From the NCBI GenBank assembly GCA_002269645.1, contig NIVC01002145.1, forward strand, positions 1 to 64,000: DNA of 64,000 nucleotides, in the 5' to 3' direction. Made by a program: the position numbers and the translations under genes. The stretch comes from Macrostomum lignano. Its lineage: Eukaryota. The notes beneath the pieces are model-generated. The model did not search any database. It was given only the letters and a program-made list of their open reading frames with translations, and was not told the origin of the DNA. This document shows positions 11,573 through 23,960 of the stretch, piece by piece (the first letter of the stretch is position 1; the number at the start of each line of letters is the position of its first letter).

Positions 11573-13649
11573 GTTTTTTAAGAAAATCGAGTTGTAGCGA
11601 CCTTCTACTACAATTTTCCGTGATTTCTTGTTTAGCAAAAGTTTTTGCTTCAAGTGCAGGCAAAGGCCGGCAAGCATGCAAGCAAAGAAATAGACGCTAT
11701 ATTGACAAGTTGGAGGTGAAAGTGAAACTTTGAAATAATGACAAATTTTCACGATCTGGGAGTTATAATTGCTAAATTAGTCTAATTAGCTCTAACTCAG
11801 GTATTAACTCGATATTAGATGAATATTTGCATAATTAATTAGTTGCTTTGCTGAGCTTCCGTCTTTACTTAATAATTAAACTGCGATCTGACCCTTTGTC
11901 TGTTTAGTGATTAATTCGTGTTCAATTATTATTAATCTGGCTGTATGATTTTTGTTGGCAGCCATTTGCTTGCTATTAATCTTGTTAGTGCTTTCAACAA
12001 CCTGTTTTTTTCTACGTTTCTCCCCTTTAATCCGGTCCCCGTGAAGAAATCATCCATTTCGGCTCTTTGTTTAATCAGGTGAGAAAACTGCCATGCAATC
12101 TGCATTATTTATTACCAGCTGATTGAATTAATTTTATTCCTATTCGATACAGTTTGTATTATTATGTATTTAATCAGTCAGGACTTTCTACTTGCAGTAG
12201 CCTGAAATCTTAATCGGATTAATATTTGACTCATAATTGGCCTATTGATTGCAATTCAAAACGCAAATATTGTTGACGCAAATATTTGCTGATCGAAGTA
12301 ATTAATCATTTCTTAAATCATTGATTATAAAGACGTGTAATTCTTTTCTACACACTGTAACACTTGTCTATGATAAATAATGAATCCTGTTTATCAATTA
12401 ACCGTTATTTTCTTCGTTACTCTTGTTTACGGCTGCTTTTACAAATTACAGTTCTACCGCTACTAAGCTTCGTCTGTATTTGCGTTCCACAGAACAGGAG
12501 TTCAATAAAATAGTCCTAACATGATCTTATAACTTTCAATTTCTCTATCGATGTTTTGTTAGTTTCCAAAGTGTCACGTGACACTTATAGTAGCTAGTTT
12601 GAAATGGACGATTAAATGCATACATTTTAGTGCATTTACAGTATGAAACCATTTTTATATATTTAGCGCCGCATTAGTAAGCTGTACTAATCGCGTGTCT
12701 TTGACTCCTAACGTGTTTGATGGGTGCTTTGATTGTTATATATTTAATTATTACTGTTATATGACCTACTAATTTCTCTGTTCACAGTTATTAAAAGTGC
12801 ATTCGGTTGATGCTAATTTACAGTTTAGTGTCCAGCTACATAATTTACACACGGTTTCCGTTTTGTTAAAATAATTTTCCTAAAAGGGGCTTACTGACAC
12901 TAGCATGTACCGTACACATGCGATGTACATGTATACATTTGTACAGTGTACCTAGTATTTTTATATGTACAAACACGGCTAGTTATAAACTCGATAGCAT
13001 ATATGATTAAGTTGATAAAAATGAAGTAAATCTTTTTATATCTATGTCTATGTCTATTGCATTTGTCATGCTACATTGAGTTAGAAAACGAACATACCGT
13101 AAGTTGAAATCATGTGCAATAATAAAGATGTACTAGTACATGCAGTTAGGTCATAGATAACAGGAAAATTTCTGACTGTGAAACTCCGACTGAGAGACAA
13201 TGAAACCTAAAACCTAAAACTGGACATCTAACACGGCACTCCAAGACAATTTTCGAGAGAAGCGAGAGCTATCCATGGAGGAAAGAATATATAATTCTTC
13301 CCTCCATGGAGCTATCCCTTGATCAACCAAAAAGTCTCTCAATTATTGCTTTTGGGCAGTGTCTAAATTTTTAAGATGAATACTGTATTACATGCTATTG
13401 GTTATTGCATTTAATATAATATTTTAATTCCAGTAGGCACTCAATGAAAATTACAGCAAAAGGCCACAAGCGTAAAAACGCACCACATAGTTTCAGTATT
13501 ATAGTTTTATTTTAATTTTTTTCAAAAACATAGCAACATGTTATTTTTACACTTGTTCTGATAGTAATAGCCAATAAACTAAACTTATTTTCTGAGCAAC
13601 GTTGTAACTTGTTTTACTTTAATGCAAGAATTCGTAATTTATGAATTGA

Positions 13650-13668
13650 CCAATAAGAATCTACCATG
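13650..13668 (+). promoter_or_regulatory. ERSE-like element upstream of PDIA6
   Basis: CCAAT-N9-CCATG vs consensus CCAAT-N9-CCACG, 127 bp before the ATG. Confidence 0.4.
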
Positions 13669-13794
13669 TGTAATTATCGTCACGTATCGTATAAGTTCGC
13701 GTTTAAATTTTCGAGTCACATCTCTGTTTTTCTATACCGAGTCTCAAAAATTAATTCCCTTTTCCTGAATTCACGAACCGTGTGCTACTGTGTT

Positions 13795-16700
13795 ATGAAG
13801 GCTGCCTTTGCATTTCTTTGTGGTAAGTGAGGGTTCACTTTTTTAAGTTAAAGTAAAGCTAAAACCGAAATTGAGTGGCTTAGCATCCGTGGACAAAATG
13901 TATTGATTGTTTGCTAGCCCTCTCGCCTAGTTTAGTACTTAGTAATAGTATGCAGAAGGCAGATAAAACTTGCCAATCAAAAGATCTGGAGCATGGTAAA
14001 TATGGCACATCCTGAAATACCAATTTTAGCTTTCTTATCTGAGCTGTCTTTACAAACTATTATTGATGAGCAAGCTGGAACAGTTTTAAAAGATGAATGG
14101 TCGCCCCCCTCCCCTATCAGGTCTTCAAATTTATCAGAATTAGAACATTAATCCTAATTGTATATGCTGATCAACTTGTCATTGTTTACCATTTAGTAAT
14201 GCCCTTTTAATAAAAGTGTTTGCTAGTTTTTTTTTACTTATTGTTATTATTCTACTTACAAAAAAGTCATGATTAGGGCCTACTATGTTAGTCGGTTTGT
14301 AATTTTGAATAAATCATGAATAATTAATTGTTAGATCATGACAACATAAAAAGGCTTAACTTTAAGATCTTAGTTTCTTCAAAACACTAGTACTATAATA
14401 ATAATAATAATAAAACCAATTATGAATAAATATAGGCCAAATGAATAGATAGATTCCAGTTATTTTCGTGAAAAGTCATTTTGGTAATAGATATTCCTGG
14501 GAACAATAGTCTAGACAAATAGTCATTTTGGTAACAAATTCTTTCTATGAAAGACACATTTCATTAGAAAAAAAATGAAAGATATGGTGAGTATATTTAT
14601 TTAGTGTATGGAGGCACTTCATAACATCATAGGCCTACAATTTATATTTTGTACATATTTGAAAAATTCCATCAAAAGATTAATATATTTAAGAAAAAAT
14701 CTAACTCAACTGATTATATTGCTTGTTTTTATGTATATTATTTTGATTTTTCCTAGAATATTTATAAACTATAAACATAGAAGACCTTTATCATAATATG
14801 TTGACCACAAAAATATAAGCATATATAAATGGAAGTGCTTAGGCCTATCCCCATGGTCCCATGCTGATAATTCCAATTTTATCCACATGGATCTATGTCG
14901 ATAATTTCCAACTTATCCCCATGGCAGCTTATTGGAATAAAAAACCTTAAAATGAATCTGTTCAAAAATTGTCTTTGTTTTCACTGTTTTACAATGTAAA
15001 AAAATATGTTTCACAATCTAATTAAACTATATGCATTGAATACTAAATAGTATTGAGTACTTTGTTTAAACTTTTTGTCATTAAAAGGGTTAATTTTAAA
15101 TATTTGCTTAGCTACTGGCTTTACTTATAACAACCAAATGACCCAAAGATCAAGGCAAATGAGACTTGCAAAATTTAACTTTCAATATATAATAATAATG
15201 ATAATATTACTAATAATAATGACAATCTTGATTTAATATCAGTACACAAAACTAAATACAAACAACTGCACAATCTTAGCTGTGGGGATAAGCTGAAAAT
15301 TATTGACACAGCCTATAGACTTGAATGATGGCAGCTATTTCAATAACTTCAATAAGCTGCCGTGGGGATAAGTTGAAAATTATTGACATGGATCTGTGTG
15401 GATAAAATTGGAATTATTGGCATGGGACCGTGAGGATAAGCACTTCCTATATAAATATTTACTACCTTTGGATAATGTACAAATTCAAAATATCACAACT
15501 TTTAAATAGTAAATAAACAAAATTAAATAAAACAATGCTTTACCCTTTTAAAAACAACTGAAATTTTAGGTTACATATGGTTTAGGATTGGCAAGATAAT
15601 TTTCTGCTTAAAACCAAAATGACTAGCACCAAAAAGGTCTTTTTTCTTGTCACCAAAATGACTAATAAGAAGTAGCTCTTTGGAATTATATTTTTCAATT
15701 TTTATGAAACCCAAAATTTGTAGTTGCTTGCATTTAATATGAAATAAATAATTTACAAGTAAATATTAATTACTTAAACATTTAGTTAAAATGAAACTTA
15801 AACAAATTGTTCCTTAAATAAGTTTTCTTTTATTATATTTACCAAATTCTTGACTTCTCAAGAATAATTTGATTAAACCAACCATCCCACAAACCCACCA
15901 GGTCTGGCTCTCGCCAGCTCCACTTTGGCTCTCTATGACTCATCTGATGATGTTATTGAGCTCACTACAGCCAACTTCAACTCTAAAGTGCTGAACAGTG
16001 ACGAGCTCTGGCTAGTTGAATTCTATGCACCCTGGTGCGGCCATTGTCAGAGCCTGGCACCAGCCTGGAAGCAGGCTGCCCGCGCGCTCAAAGGTGTAGT
16101 CAAAGTTGGCGCCATCAATATGGACGAGCACCAGTCTGTTGGCCAGCCCTATGGTATCCGCGGCTTCCCCACTATCAAGGTGTTCGGCAGCGACAAACAA
16201 TCGCCTAGCGACTACAATGGCGCCAGATCGGCCGATTCTATTGTTGACACGGCGCTTAGCCACCTACAGGCTATGGTTCGACAGCGACTTAGCGGTAAAT
16301 ATTCCGTTACTCCTTGCATTCTAATCGGGAGTGGGGGGGGGGGCATTTTTGTTAGTGCTTCATAGCTAGTAACACCGTGACTGTCACTGAGGCCTTATCC
16401 TCCCACAGGTGGCGGATCCTCTCGCGGCGGCAGCGGCGGAGGCGGCAGCGGCAGCGGCGCCGACGTTATTGAACTGACCGACGCCAATTTTGAAAGCACA
16501 GTAATGGGCAGCAAAGATCTGTGGCTAGTTGAATTCTTTGCGCCCTGGTGCGGCCATTGCAAACAGCTGAAGCCGCACTGGGACCGGGCAGCTAGCGAGC
16601 TGTCTGGGAAGGTGAGGTTTTGGAATACAAGAAATTATTGATTTATTTGGCCAAATCAAGCTGGTTCAAATCCCTAGCCTTGTATAATTGTATACTGTAT

Positions 16701-19700
16701 TATATCATATTACTAACAGTAGCATTGATTTAATTTTTCATTTGTAACACTTAGCTAGGAGGGAGACATTCCAGAGTTACCAAAAAATTTTTAGTGCAAA
16801 GGGTCGGCAAACTCCTGCCCTCGGGTCCTTTGAAACTTCACAATAGCAATCTGGCTCGCTTAAGATTTGTGTCTTCTCTCTCCCCCTCTCTGTCCTCTCT
16901 TCCCTCTTCTCGTCTCTTCCCTCTTCTCTGTTCTCTCCCCCCTCTTCTCTGTTATCTCTCCCCCCTCTTCTCTGTTATCTCTCCCCCCTCTCTGTCCTCT
17001 CTTCCCTCTTCTCGTCTCTCCCCTCTTCTCTCTTATCTCTCCCCTCTTTGTTCTCTCTGCCCTCTTCTCTGTTCTCACTCCCCTCTTCTCTCTTATCTCT
17101 CCCCTCTTCTCTGCTCTCTTCTCTCTTATCTCTCCCCTCTTCTCTGCTCTCTCCCCTCTTCTCTCTTATCTCTCCCCTCTTGTCTGTTCTCTCTTCTCTC
17201 TTATCTCTCCCCTCTTCTCTGTTCTCTCTTCCCTCTTCTCTGTTCTCTCTCCCCTCTTCTCTCTTATCTCTCCCCTCTTCTCTGTTCTCTCTCCTCTCTT
17301 CTCTCTTATCTCTCCCCTCTTCTCTGTTCTCTCTCCTCTCTTCTCTCTTATCTCTCCCCTCTTCTCTGTTCTCTCTCCTCTCTTCTCTCTTATCTCTCCC
17401 CTCTTCTCTGTTCTCTCTTCTCTCTTATCTCTCCCCTCTTCTCTGTTCTCTTTTCTCTCTTATCTCTCCCCTCTTCTCTGTTCTCTGTTCTCTCTTATCT
17501 CTCCCCTCTTCTCTGTTCTCTCTCCCCTCTTCTCTCTTATCTCTCCCCTCTTCTCTCTTATCTCTCCCCTCTTGTCTGTTCTCTCTTCCCTCTTCTCTGT
17601 TCTCTCTCCTCTCTTCTCTCTTATCTCTCCCCTCTTCTCTGTTCTCTGTTCTCTCTCCTCTCTTATCTCTCCCCTCTTGTCTGTTCTCTCTTCCCTCTTC
17701 TCTGTTCTCTCCCCTCTTCTCTCTTATCTCTCCCCTCTTCTCTGTTCTCTCTCCCCTCTTCTCTCTTATCTCTCCCCTCTTCTCTCTTATCTCTCCCCTC
17801 TTGTCTGTTCTCTCTTCCCTCTTCTCTGTTCTCTCTCCTCTCTTCTCTCTTATCTCTCCCCTCTTCTCTGTTCTCTGTTCTCTCTCCTCTCTTATCTCTC
17901 CCCTCTTGTCTGTTCTCTCTTCCCTCTTCTCTGTTCTCTCCCCTCTTCTCTCTTATCTCTCCCCTCTTCTCTGTTCTCTGTTCTCTCTCCTCTCTTATCT
18001 CTCCCCTCTTGTCTGTTCTCTCTTCCCTCTTCTCTGTTCTCTCCCCTCTTCTCTCTTATCTCTCCCCTCTTCTCTGTTCTCTCTCCTCTGTTCTCTCTTA
18101 TCTCTCCCCTCTTCTCTGTTCTCTCTCCTCTGTTCTCTCTTATCTCTCCCCTCTTCTCTGTTTTCTCTCCTCTGTTCTCTCTTATCTCTCCCCTCTTCTC
18201 TGTTTTCTCCCCCCTCTTCTCTGTTCTCTCTGCCCTCTTTTTTATTCTCATCTGGCCTGCAGCCACAAGCTGTATTCTTTTTCTGGCAGTTGAGGTAAAA
18301 GTTTGCCGACTCCTTGTGTGGCCAAACTCAGTTTACTAATGAGTGCGCCCCTTATTCACCTGTACAGGTGAAACTCGGCGCCCTGGACGCCACTGTGCAC
18401 ACATCGATGGCCGCCCGCTACGGTATCCAAGGCTATCCGACTATTAAAATGTTCCCGGCCGGCCGAAAAACTGGCGAAGCCGTCGAATACGACGGCGGCC
18501 GCACCTCGGACGATATTGTCCGGTGGGCTCTGGACAAACTGGCCGGTAAGTAATGCATCAAATTTAATCCAAGTTTGTACTAATTCACATGTACTTTTAA
18601 TAATAGGATAGGCCACTCAGGGATATTGGCACTCAGATGGCAAGGCTTGGGGGAATTGCTAAGATAGCAAGGCTTAGGGGGGATTGCTGAGATGTCAAGG
18701 CTTACGGGGGGATTGCTGAGATGGCAAGGCTTACGGGGGGATTGCTGAGATGTCAAGGTTTACGGGGAGAATTGCTGAGATGGCAAGGCTGAGGTCAGAA
18801 GCTACATGTAGTCTATTCAATTTTTTTTATTAAATTCTCTGTTGGCTCCCCAACAGGGGGCGCTGATTGCTAGTTTCTAGCTATGTTTAGTATCTGTCTG
18901 TACACTAATTAGATGACGACGCATCAAAAGCATTTTTTCTTAGAAGCAGGGAGCTGTGCGCATCCTCGCGCACTTTAAGCGACGTTGTCGCACAACCGGC
19001 GAGAGGCATTACTGCCCATTCCACCGGCCCCTCCTGAGCAAGGATACGTACGCAATCACAGGAGTGTAATCAATCACAGGAGTGTACAGCGGCCCTAACT
19101 TAATTTATCGTTAGGCATGTACACTTCACTGTGACTTGGGGGTTGGCCATCAAGGGCGTTAATTGCACGAGCAGAGCCAAGCCGAGATTCCAATTCAGCC
19201 CCAAATTAATGTGACTGCACTTGGAATCGAGCCTGGGCCGCTATCACATCTACTGGGCTACGGTCCCCTTCATCAAAAGCATGGCTAATCCTGCCTTTAA
19301 CTACTCGTCTGAAGCTAATCCATATTAATTCAATCGGTCTCCGCAGACTCCATCGCTCCGCCAGAAATTGTTGAAATAACTGACCAGACTGTGCTGCAGG
19401 ACCACTGCCTTGACAAGCAGCTGTGCGTTGTATCCGTGCTGCCTCAGCTGCTCGATTGCCAGTCCGACTGTCGCAACGGCTACCTGAAGATACTGAAAGA
19501 GATTGGCGAGAAGTACAAGAAATTAATGTGGGGCTGGGTCTGGTTCCAAGGCGGCGATATGCAGACGCAGGTAAAATACGGGCGATTGACGAACTACCCA
19601 CTTTCCACTTTTCATTTCTGTTGTTTCTTCTAATTTAAAATTTTCTGTTCTAATTTTTTCTTTTTTTTCGCATCCAGCTGGAGGAGGCTTTCGGTATCGG

Positions 19701-21453
19701 CGGTTTCGGCTACCCAGCCATGGCTGTTGTGAACGCCAAGAAGATGAAGTTCTCCCTGCTGAAAGGCCCATTCACCTTTGACGGTATTAACGAGTTCGTG
19801 CGCAGCCTGTCGCTCGGCCGCGGCTCCACCGAGCCGGTGCGCGGCGCCAGCATCCCGGAGGCTAAGAAGCGAGACCCGTGGGACGGCAAGGACGCCAAGG
19901 TGAGCGCTCATTTTTGGCTAGCTAGCTTCAGGGTTCTTCAGGAGCCTCTGCAAACCCTGCTAGCTCTCCCAATTCTTCAGGACCCACTGCAAACACCCAA
20001 TAGCCCCCGATTTTTTCAGGACCAACTGCGAACACCCCGATAGCCCCCGATTTTTCAGGACCCATTGCGAACACCCCGATAGCCCCCGATTTTTCAGGAC
20101 CCATTGCGAACACCCCGATAGCCCCCGATTTTTCAGGACCCACTGCGAACACCCCGATAGCCCCCGATTTTTCAGGACCCATTGCGAACACCCCGATAGC
20201 TCCCTATTTATCAGGACCCATTGCGAACACCCCGCTAGCCCCAGATTCTTCAGGACCCGCTGTGAACACCCCGATAGCTCCCTATTTATCAGGACCCATT
20301 GCGAGCACCCCGCTAGCCCCCGATTTTTCAGGACCCATTGCGAACACCCCGCTAGCCCCCGATTCTTCAGGACCCGCTGTGAACACCCCGATAGCCCCAG
20401 ATTTTCAGGACCCATTGCGAACACCCCGATAGCCCCCGATTTTCAGGACCCGCTGTGAACACCCCGATAGCCCCCGATTTTCAGGACCCATTGCGAACAC
20501 CCCGATAGCCCCCGATTTTCAGGACCCGCTGTGAACACCCCGATAGCCCCCGATTTTTCAGGACCCGCTGTGAACACCCCGATAGCCCCCGATTTTCAGG
20601 ACCCGCTGTGAACACCCCGATAGCCCCCGATTTTCAGGACCCGCTGTGAACACCCCGATAGCCCCCGATTTTTCAGGACCCACTGCGAACACCCCGATAG
20701 CCCCCGATTTTCAGGACCCGCTGTGAACACCCCGATAGCCCCCGATTTTCAGGACCCGCTGTGAACACCCCGATAGCCCCCGATTTTCAGGACCCGCTGT
20801 GAACACCCCGATAGCCCCCGATTTTCAGGACCCGCTGTGAACACCCCGATAGCCCCAGATTTTTCAGGACCCACTGCGAACACCCCGATAGCCCCCGATT
20901 TTCAGGACCGGCTGTGAACACCCCGATAGCCCCCGATTTTCAGGACCCGCTGTGAACACCCCGATAGCCCCCGATTTTTCAGGACCCACTGCGAACACCC
21001 CGATAGCCCCCGATTTTCAGGACCCGCTGTGAACACCCCGATAGCCCCCGATTTTCAGGACCCGCTGTGAACACCCCGATAGCCCCCGATTTTTCAGGAC
21101 CCACTGCGAACACCCCGATAGCTCCCTATTTATCAGGACCCATTGCGAACACCCCGCTAGCCCCCGATTCTTCAGGACCCGCTGCGAACACCCCGCTAGC
21201 TCTCCCGATTTTTCAGAACTCGCTGAAAACCCCTGCTAGGTCCTAATTCTTCAGGTGCCGCTGCAAACACCCCTAGCTCCCCTGACTCTTCAGCAAACCC
21301 CAACAACTTGTTAGTAACAAGAACCAATAATCGATAGCTCAATAATTATTGCTTCTCTCTGGGGTTCAGCTTCCCACAGTTGAGGATGACGGCATTGACG
21401 TGTCAGACATTGTGCTGGACACCATCGGCAAAGACAAGAAGCAGGAGCTTTGA
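13795..21453 (+). CDS. PDIA6: Protein disulfide-isomerase A6 (P5), a-a'-b domain order
   Basis: Exons 13795-13822, 15902-16294, 16409-16611, 18368-18545, 19347-19570, 19678-19899, 21370-21453. Signal peptide [19 protein letters not shown]; two WCGHC active sites; Gly-rich linker; b domain ([26 protein letters not shown]); acidic tail ending KQEL*. Confidence 0.96.
14831..15447. mobile_element. Non-autonomous Mutator-like (MULE) MITE in PDIA6 intron 1
   Basis: Imperfect terminal inverted repeats of about 105 bp starting GGAAGTGCTT (14831 to about 14940 vs about 15345-15447); exact 9-bp flanking direct repeat TATATAAAT at 14822-14830 and 15448-15456; no internal ORF. A 9-bp TSD with long G-initiated TIRs is the established MULE signature. 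Confidence 0.8.
16870..18240. repeat. Polypyrimidine (TC-rich) compound satellite, PDIA6 intron 3
   Basis: Built from CCCCTCTTCTCT, TTATCTCT and GTTCTCT blocks. Confidence 0.95.
18635..18790. repeat. Short ~33-bp tandem repeat
   Basis: GATGGCAAGGCTTACGGGGGGATTGCTGA and variants, about 5 copies. Confidence 0.8.
19925..21260. repeat. 38-39-bp minisatellite, PDIA6 intron 6
   Basis: GAACACCCCGATAGCCCCCGATTTTCAGGACCCGCTGT. Confidence 0.95.
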
Positions 21454-21481
21454 GCCAATAGTGCGTTTTGAGAAATATCCT

Positions 21482-21487
21482 ATTAAA
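21482..21487 (+). terminator. Poly(A) signal ATTAAA after the PDIA6 KQEL exon
   Basis: About 30 nt after the TGA at 21453; AATAAA at 22084 and 22462 could serve the KTEL exon. Confidence 0.4.
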
Positions 21488-21778
21488 GCATATTATTCTT
21501 TTTACTTTTGGATACTCGTAAAGAAGTGAAGAAGTTAAACCTCAGTTCTGGGTTGCATGCAATTTGCAGCGATTGCAGGTCACTAACGGTATTATCTGGC
21601 CAAATAGTATAATTTTTATTTCATCGATTTTTTTCTCTATTATCTCAACTTTACCGAGCTTCTGGTTAAGGATTATTTTTATCATACGCAAATGATGCCG
21701 CTATCAGTAGGGTAATCGGGTTCTATGCAACAAATACTCGTAAGTTACTTGTTTTATCCGGCCACTTTTCTTCTCCAG

Positions 21779-21841
21779 ATAACGCAGGACGACGAGATTG
21801 ACCTGTCAGAGCTGGGCATGGAGAGCAAGACTGAGCTATAG
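21779..21841 (+). CDS. PDIA6: Alternative terminal exon of PDIA6 (ITQDDEIDLSELGMESKTEL*)
   Basis: Polypyrimidine tract plus CAG ending 21778; phase 0 matches the donor after 19899; acidic tail with KTEL, similar to exon 21370-21453. Confidence 0.7.
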   Translation: MTQDDEIDLSELGMESKTEL

Positions 21842-22822
21842 AGAGCACCTGCCCGTCTATATAATACTCAACTGTACTCATTAATTCGACCACAATACTG
21901 ATGGATAATTAACTATTAACCATACTGCAATGAATGTTCTTCTAAAGAAAGACTACCCTTGAAAACCTATTGTCATTGTTGAGTAATCTTATGCGTATAT
22001 TGTACTAATATTTAACTATTGTTTAAATCGTGTTAACCCGTGAACAATGTGAGGAACAGACCGCATTTGGTGCCAAAATTTCTAATAAAAACAAAAATAG
22101 AAAATTAGACTTGGCAGTCTCGTTTCCAGTTTTTTAGCATCCATATTCGGTATTGTTTTGTGTTGCTATGGCATCCGGGTTCAAACTATTCGTTTTTGCC
22201 GCTCCCCCAATGAATTCTGTATGCTGCTGCTAAATTGCGCAAACTATACTACTGTTAGTAAATATCCAAGTGTGACAGCATTCTCTTTTCTTGCGTTATT
22301 TTCCTCACGCTTACGTCTCATTGGATTTGTAGTTTATCACATTTGTTCGGGTGGCTGTTGTTTGATAAAAATTAAAGTTATTTTCTTTTTGTCGAAAGTC
22401 TTTTCTCCTTTCTGTTGAAAATGTGTTCTTTTTGTTGCCTTTTTGTTGCCTGCGTTGTTTTAATAAAATACTGTTTTCGCTCTCTGTTTGTCTGTCTGTT
22501 TAATTATTTCAGCAATGCCCCCCTGAACTGCCAGCTTTGTCAATTGTCTGCTTGCTAGTATACTGTAAACCACCCGGTATAGAAAATCTAAATATTTAAA
22601 AATATATCCACTTAAGAAACTTGCGAAAAGAAAATCCTACCATTTGCCATTGAGTTTGTCTCTGTTACTCTCAGCAGCAGAACTGCACTAATTGGTTTTA
22701 TTGTGTAGTTTATTTATTTTTAATAGCCCTTTGCTACTAGAAGTTTTAATCTGCTAGCAACGCTCGACGGGTCATGCGGCTCTTAACAATCTTTTTTACT
22801 CATCTGCTCTGATTACCGCTGA

Positions 22823-23240
22823 CTACTACTACTGCTACTACTACTACTGCTGGTACTACTGCTACTACTGCTGCTACTACTACTACTGCTGGTACTACTG
22901 CTACTACTGCTGCTACTACTACTACTGCTGGTACTACTGCTACTACTGCTGGTACTACTGCTACTACTGCTGGTACTACTGCTACTACTGCTGCTACTAC
23001 TACTACTACTAATAATAATAAAATGCTACTACTACTACTGCTGCTGCTGCTACTACTACTACTACTGCTACTACTACTACTAATAATAATGCTACTACTA
23101 CTACTGCTACTACTGCTGCTACTGCTACTACTGCTGCTGCTACTACTACTACTAATAATAATGCTACTACTACTACTGCTACTACTGCTGCTACTGCTAC
23201 TAATGCTGCAGCTACTACTACTACTACTATACTACTACTT
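22823..23240. repeat. (CTA/CTG)n compound microsatellite
   Basis: Seen directly; source of the poly-Leu ORF. Confidence 0.95.
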
Positions 23241-23559
23241 ATGCGTTATAAACCCTATTTACTTCGGTCCAAACATTAGACGTAAGCAGCTTTGATCATG
23301 GTGTGCATGTATCTATGTAGATACGCTCGCACATTTGTTAGATTAAATCGATCGACTCCCCACCAGCTGACTTTCTCATTGTTGTCAGGCATACGCAGAG
23401 GGCGTTAATCGCGCAACAGAACTCCAGGCCAGCTGACTCTGTTTGACCCCTGCCAAGATATTGATCGCTTTGAATGCTATGAAATTCAAGCGAGTTCGTG
23501 AAGAATGTATTCAGCTTTAGAATGAAACTGTGATTATCAAAATCAACAATGACAAAAGG

Positions 23560-23960
23560 CGCAACCCCAGAAAAGTAGCGCATTGGCGGGTTCGACCCCA
23601 TGGCCCTACCTAAATGGGCTTTAGGAGGTGAGTAGCAGATCGACATCCTGTGGGGGCAGCAGCGCCCTGTCCGGATCACGTGACCCACCAGTTGAAGTCT
23701 ACGCCGGGTCCGCACAGAGCAGCAGTTCCGGGTGTCTCTCCAGATGCCGCTTCTGATAGTCGTACAATCTGTTGTGAAAAAAGGTATAGTATTGGATGAA
23801 ACTGAATACGTAGAAATTTGGGGTTAGGAAGGCAGTCGTCCGCTTTCTTGTAAAGCAAAGCGAGCAGAGGCTGCACTGGCTTGGCTCTGCATCAAATCCA
23901 TGGAGACTCTGCATGACCGGCCCAGTATAGCGAAGCAATACCCAGTTGGATCCCACATAC
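23560..23960 (-). mobile_element. Decayed RTE-like LINE 3' ORF fragment
   Basis: Minus-strand RTRRRLQLVGHVIR resembles the RR.L...GH..R motif downstream of the RT domain in RTE-clade LINEs; the surrounding sequence is frameshifted. Confidence 0.45.

Noticed and set aside
16794-18339. Long Leu/Ser/Pro ORFs (416-499 aa)
   Set aside because: Translations of the TC satellite inside PDIA6 intron 3.
18850-18863. CTCF-like motif CCAACAGGGGGCGC
   Set aside because: Single near-match with no supporting context; whether this organism has CTCF cannot be established from the window.
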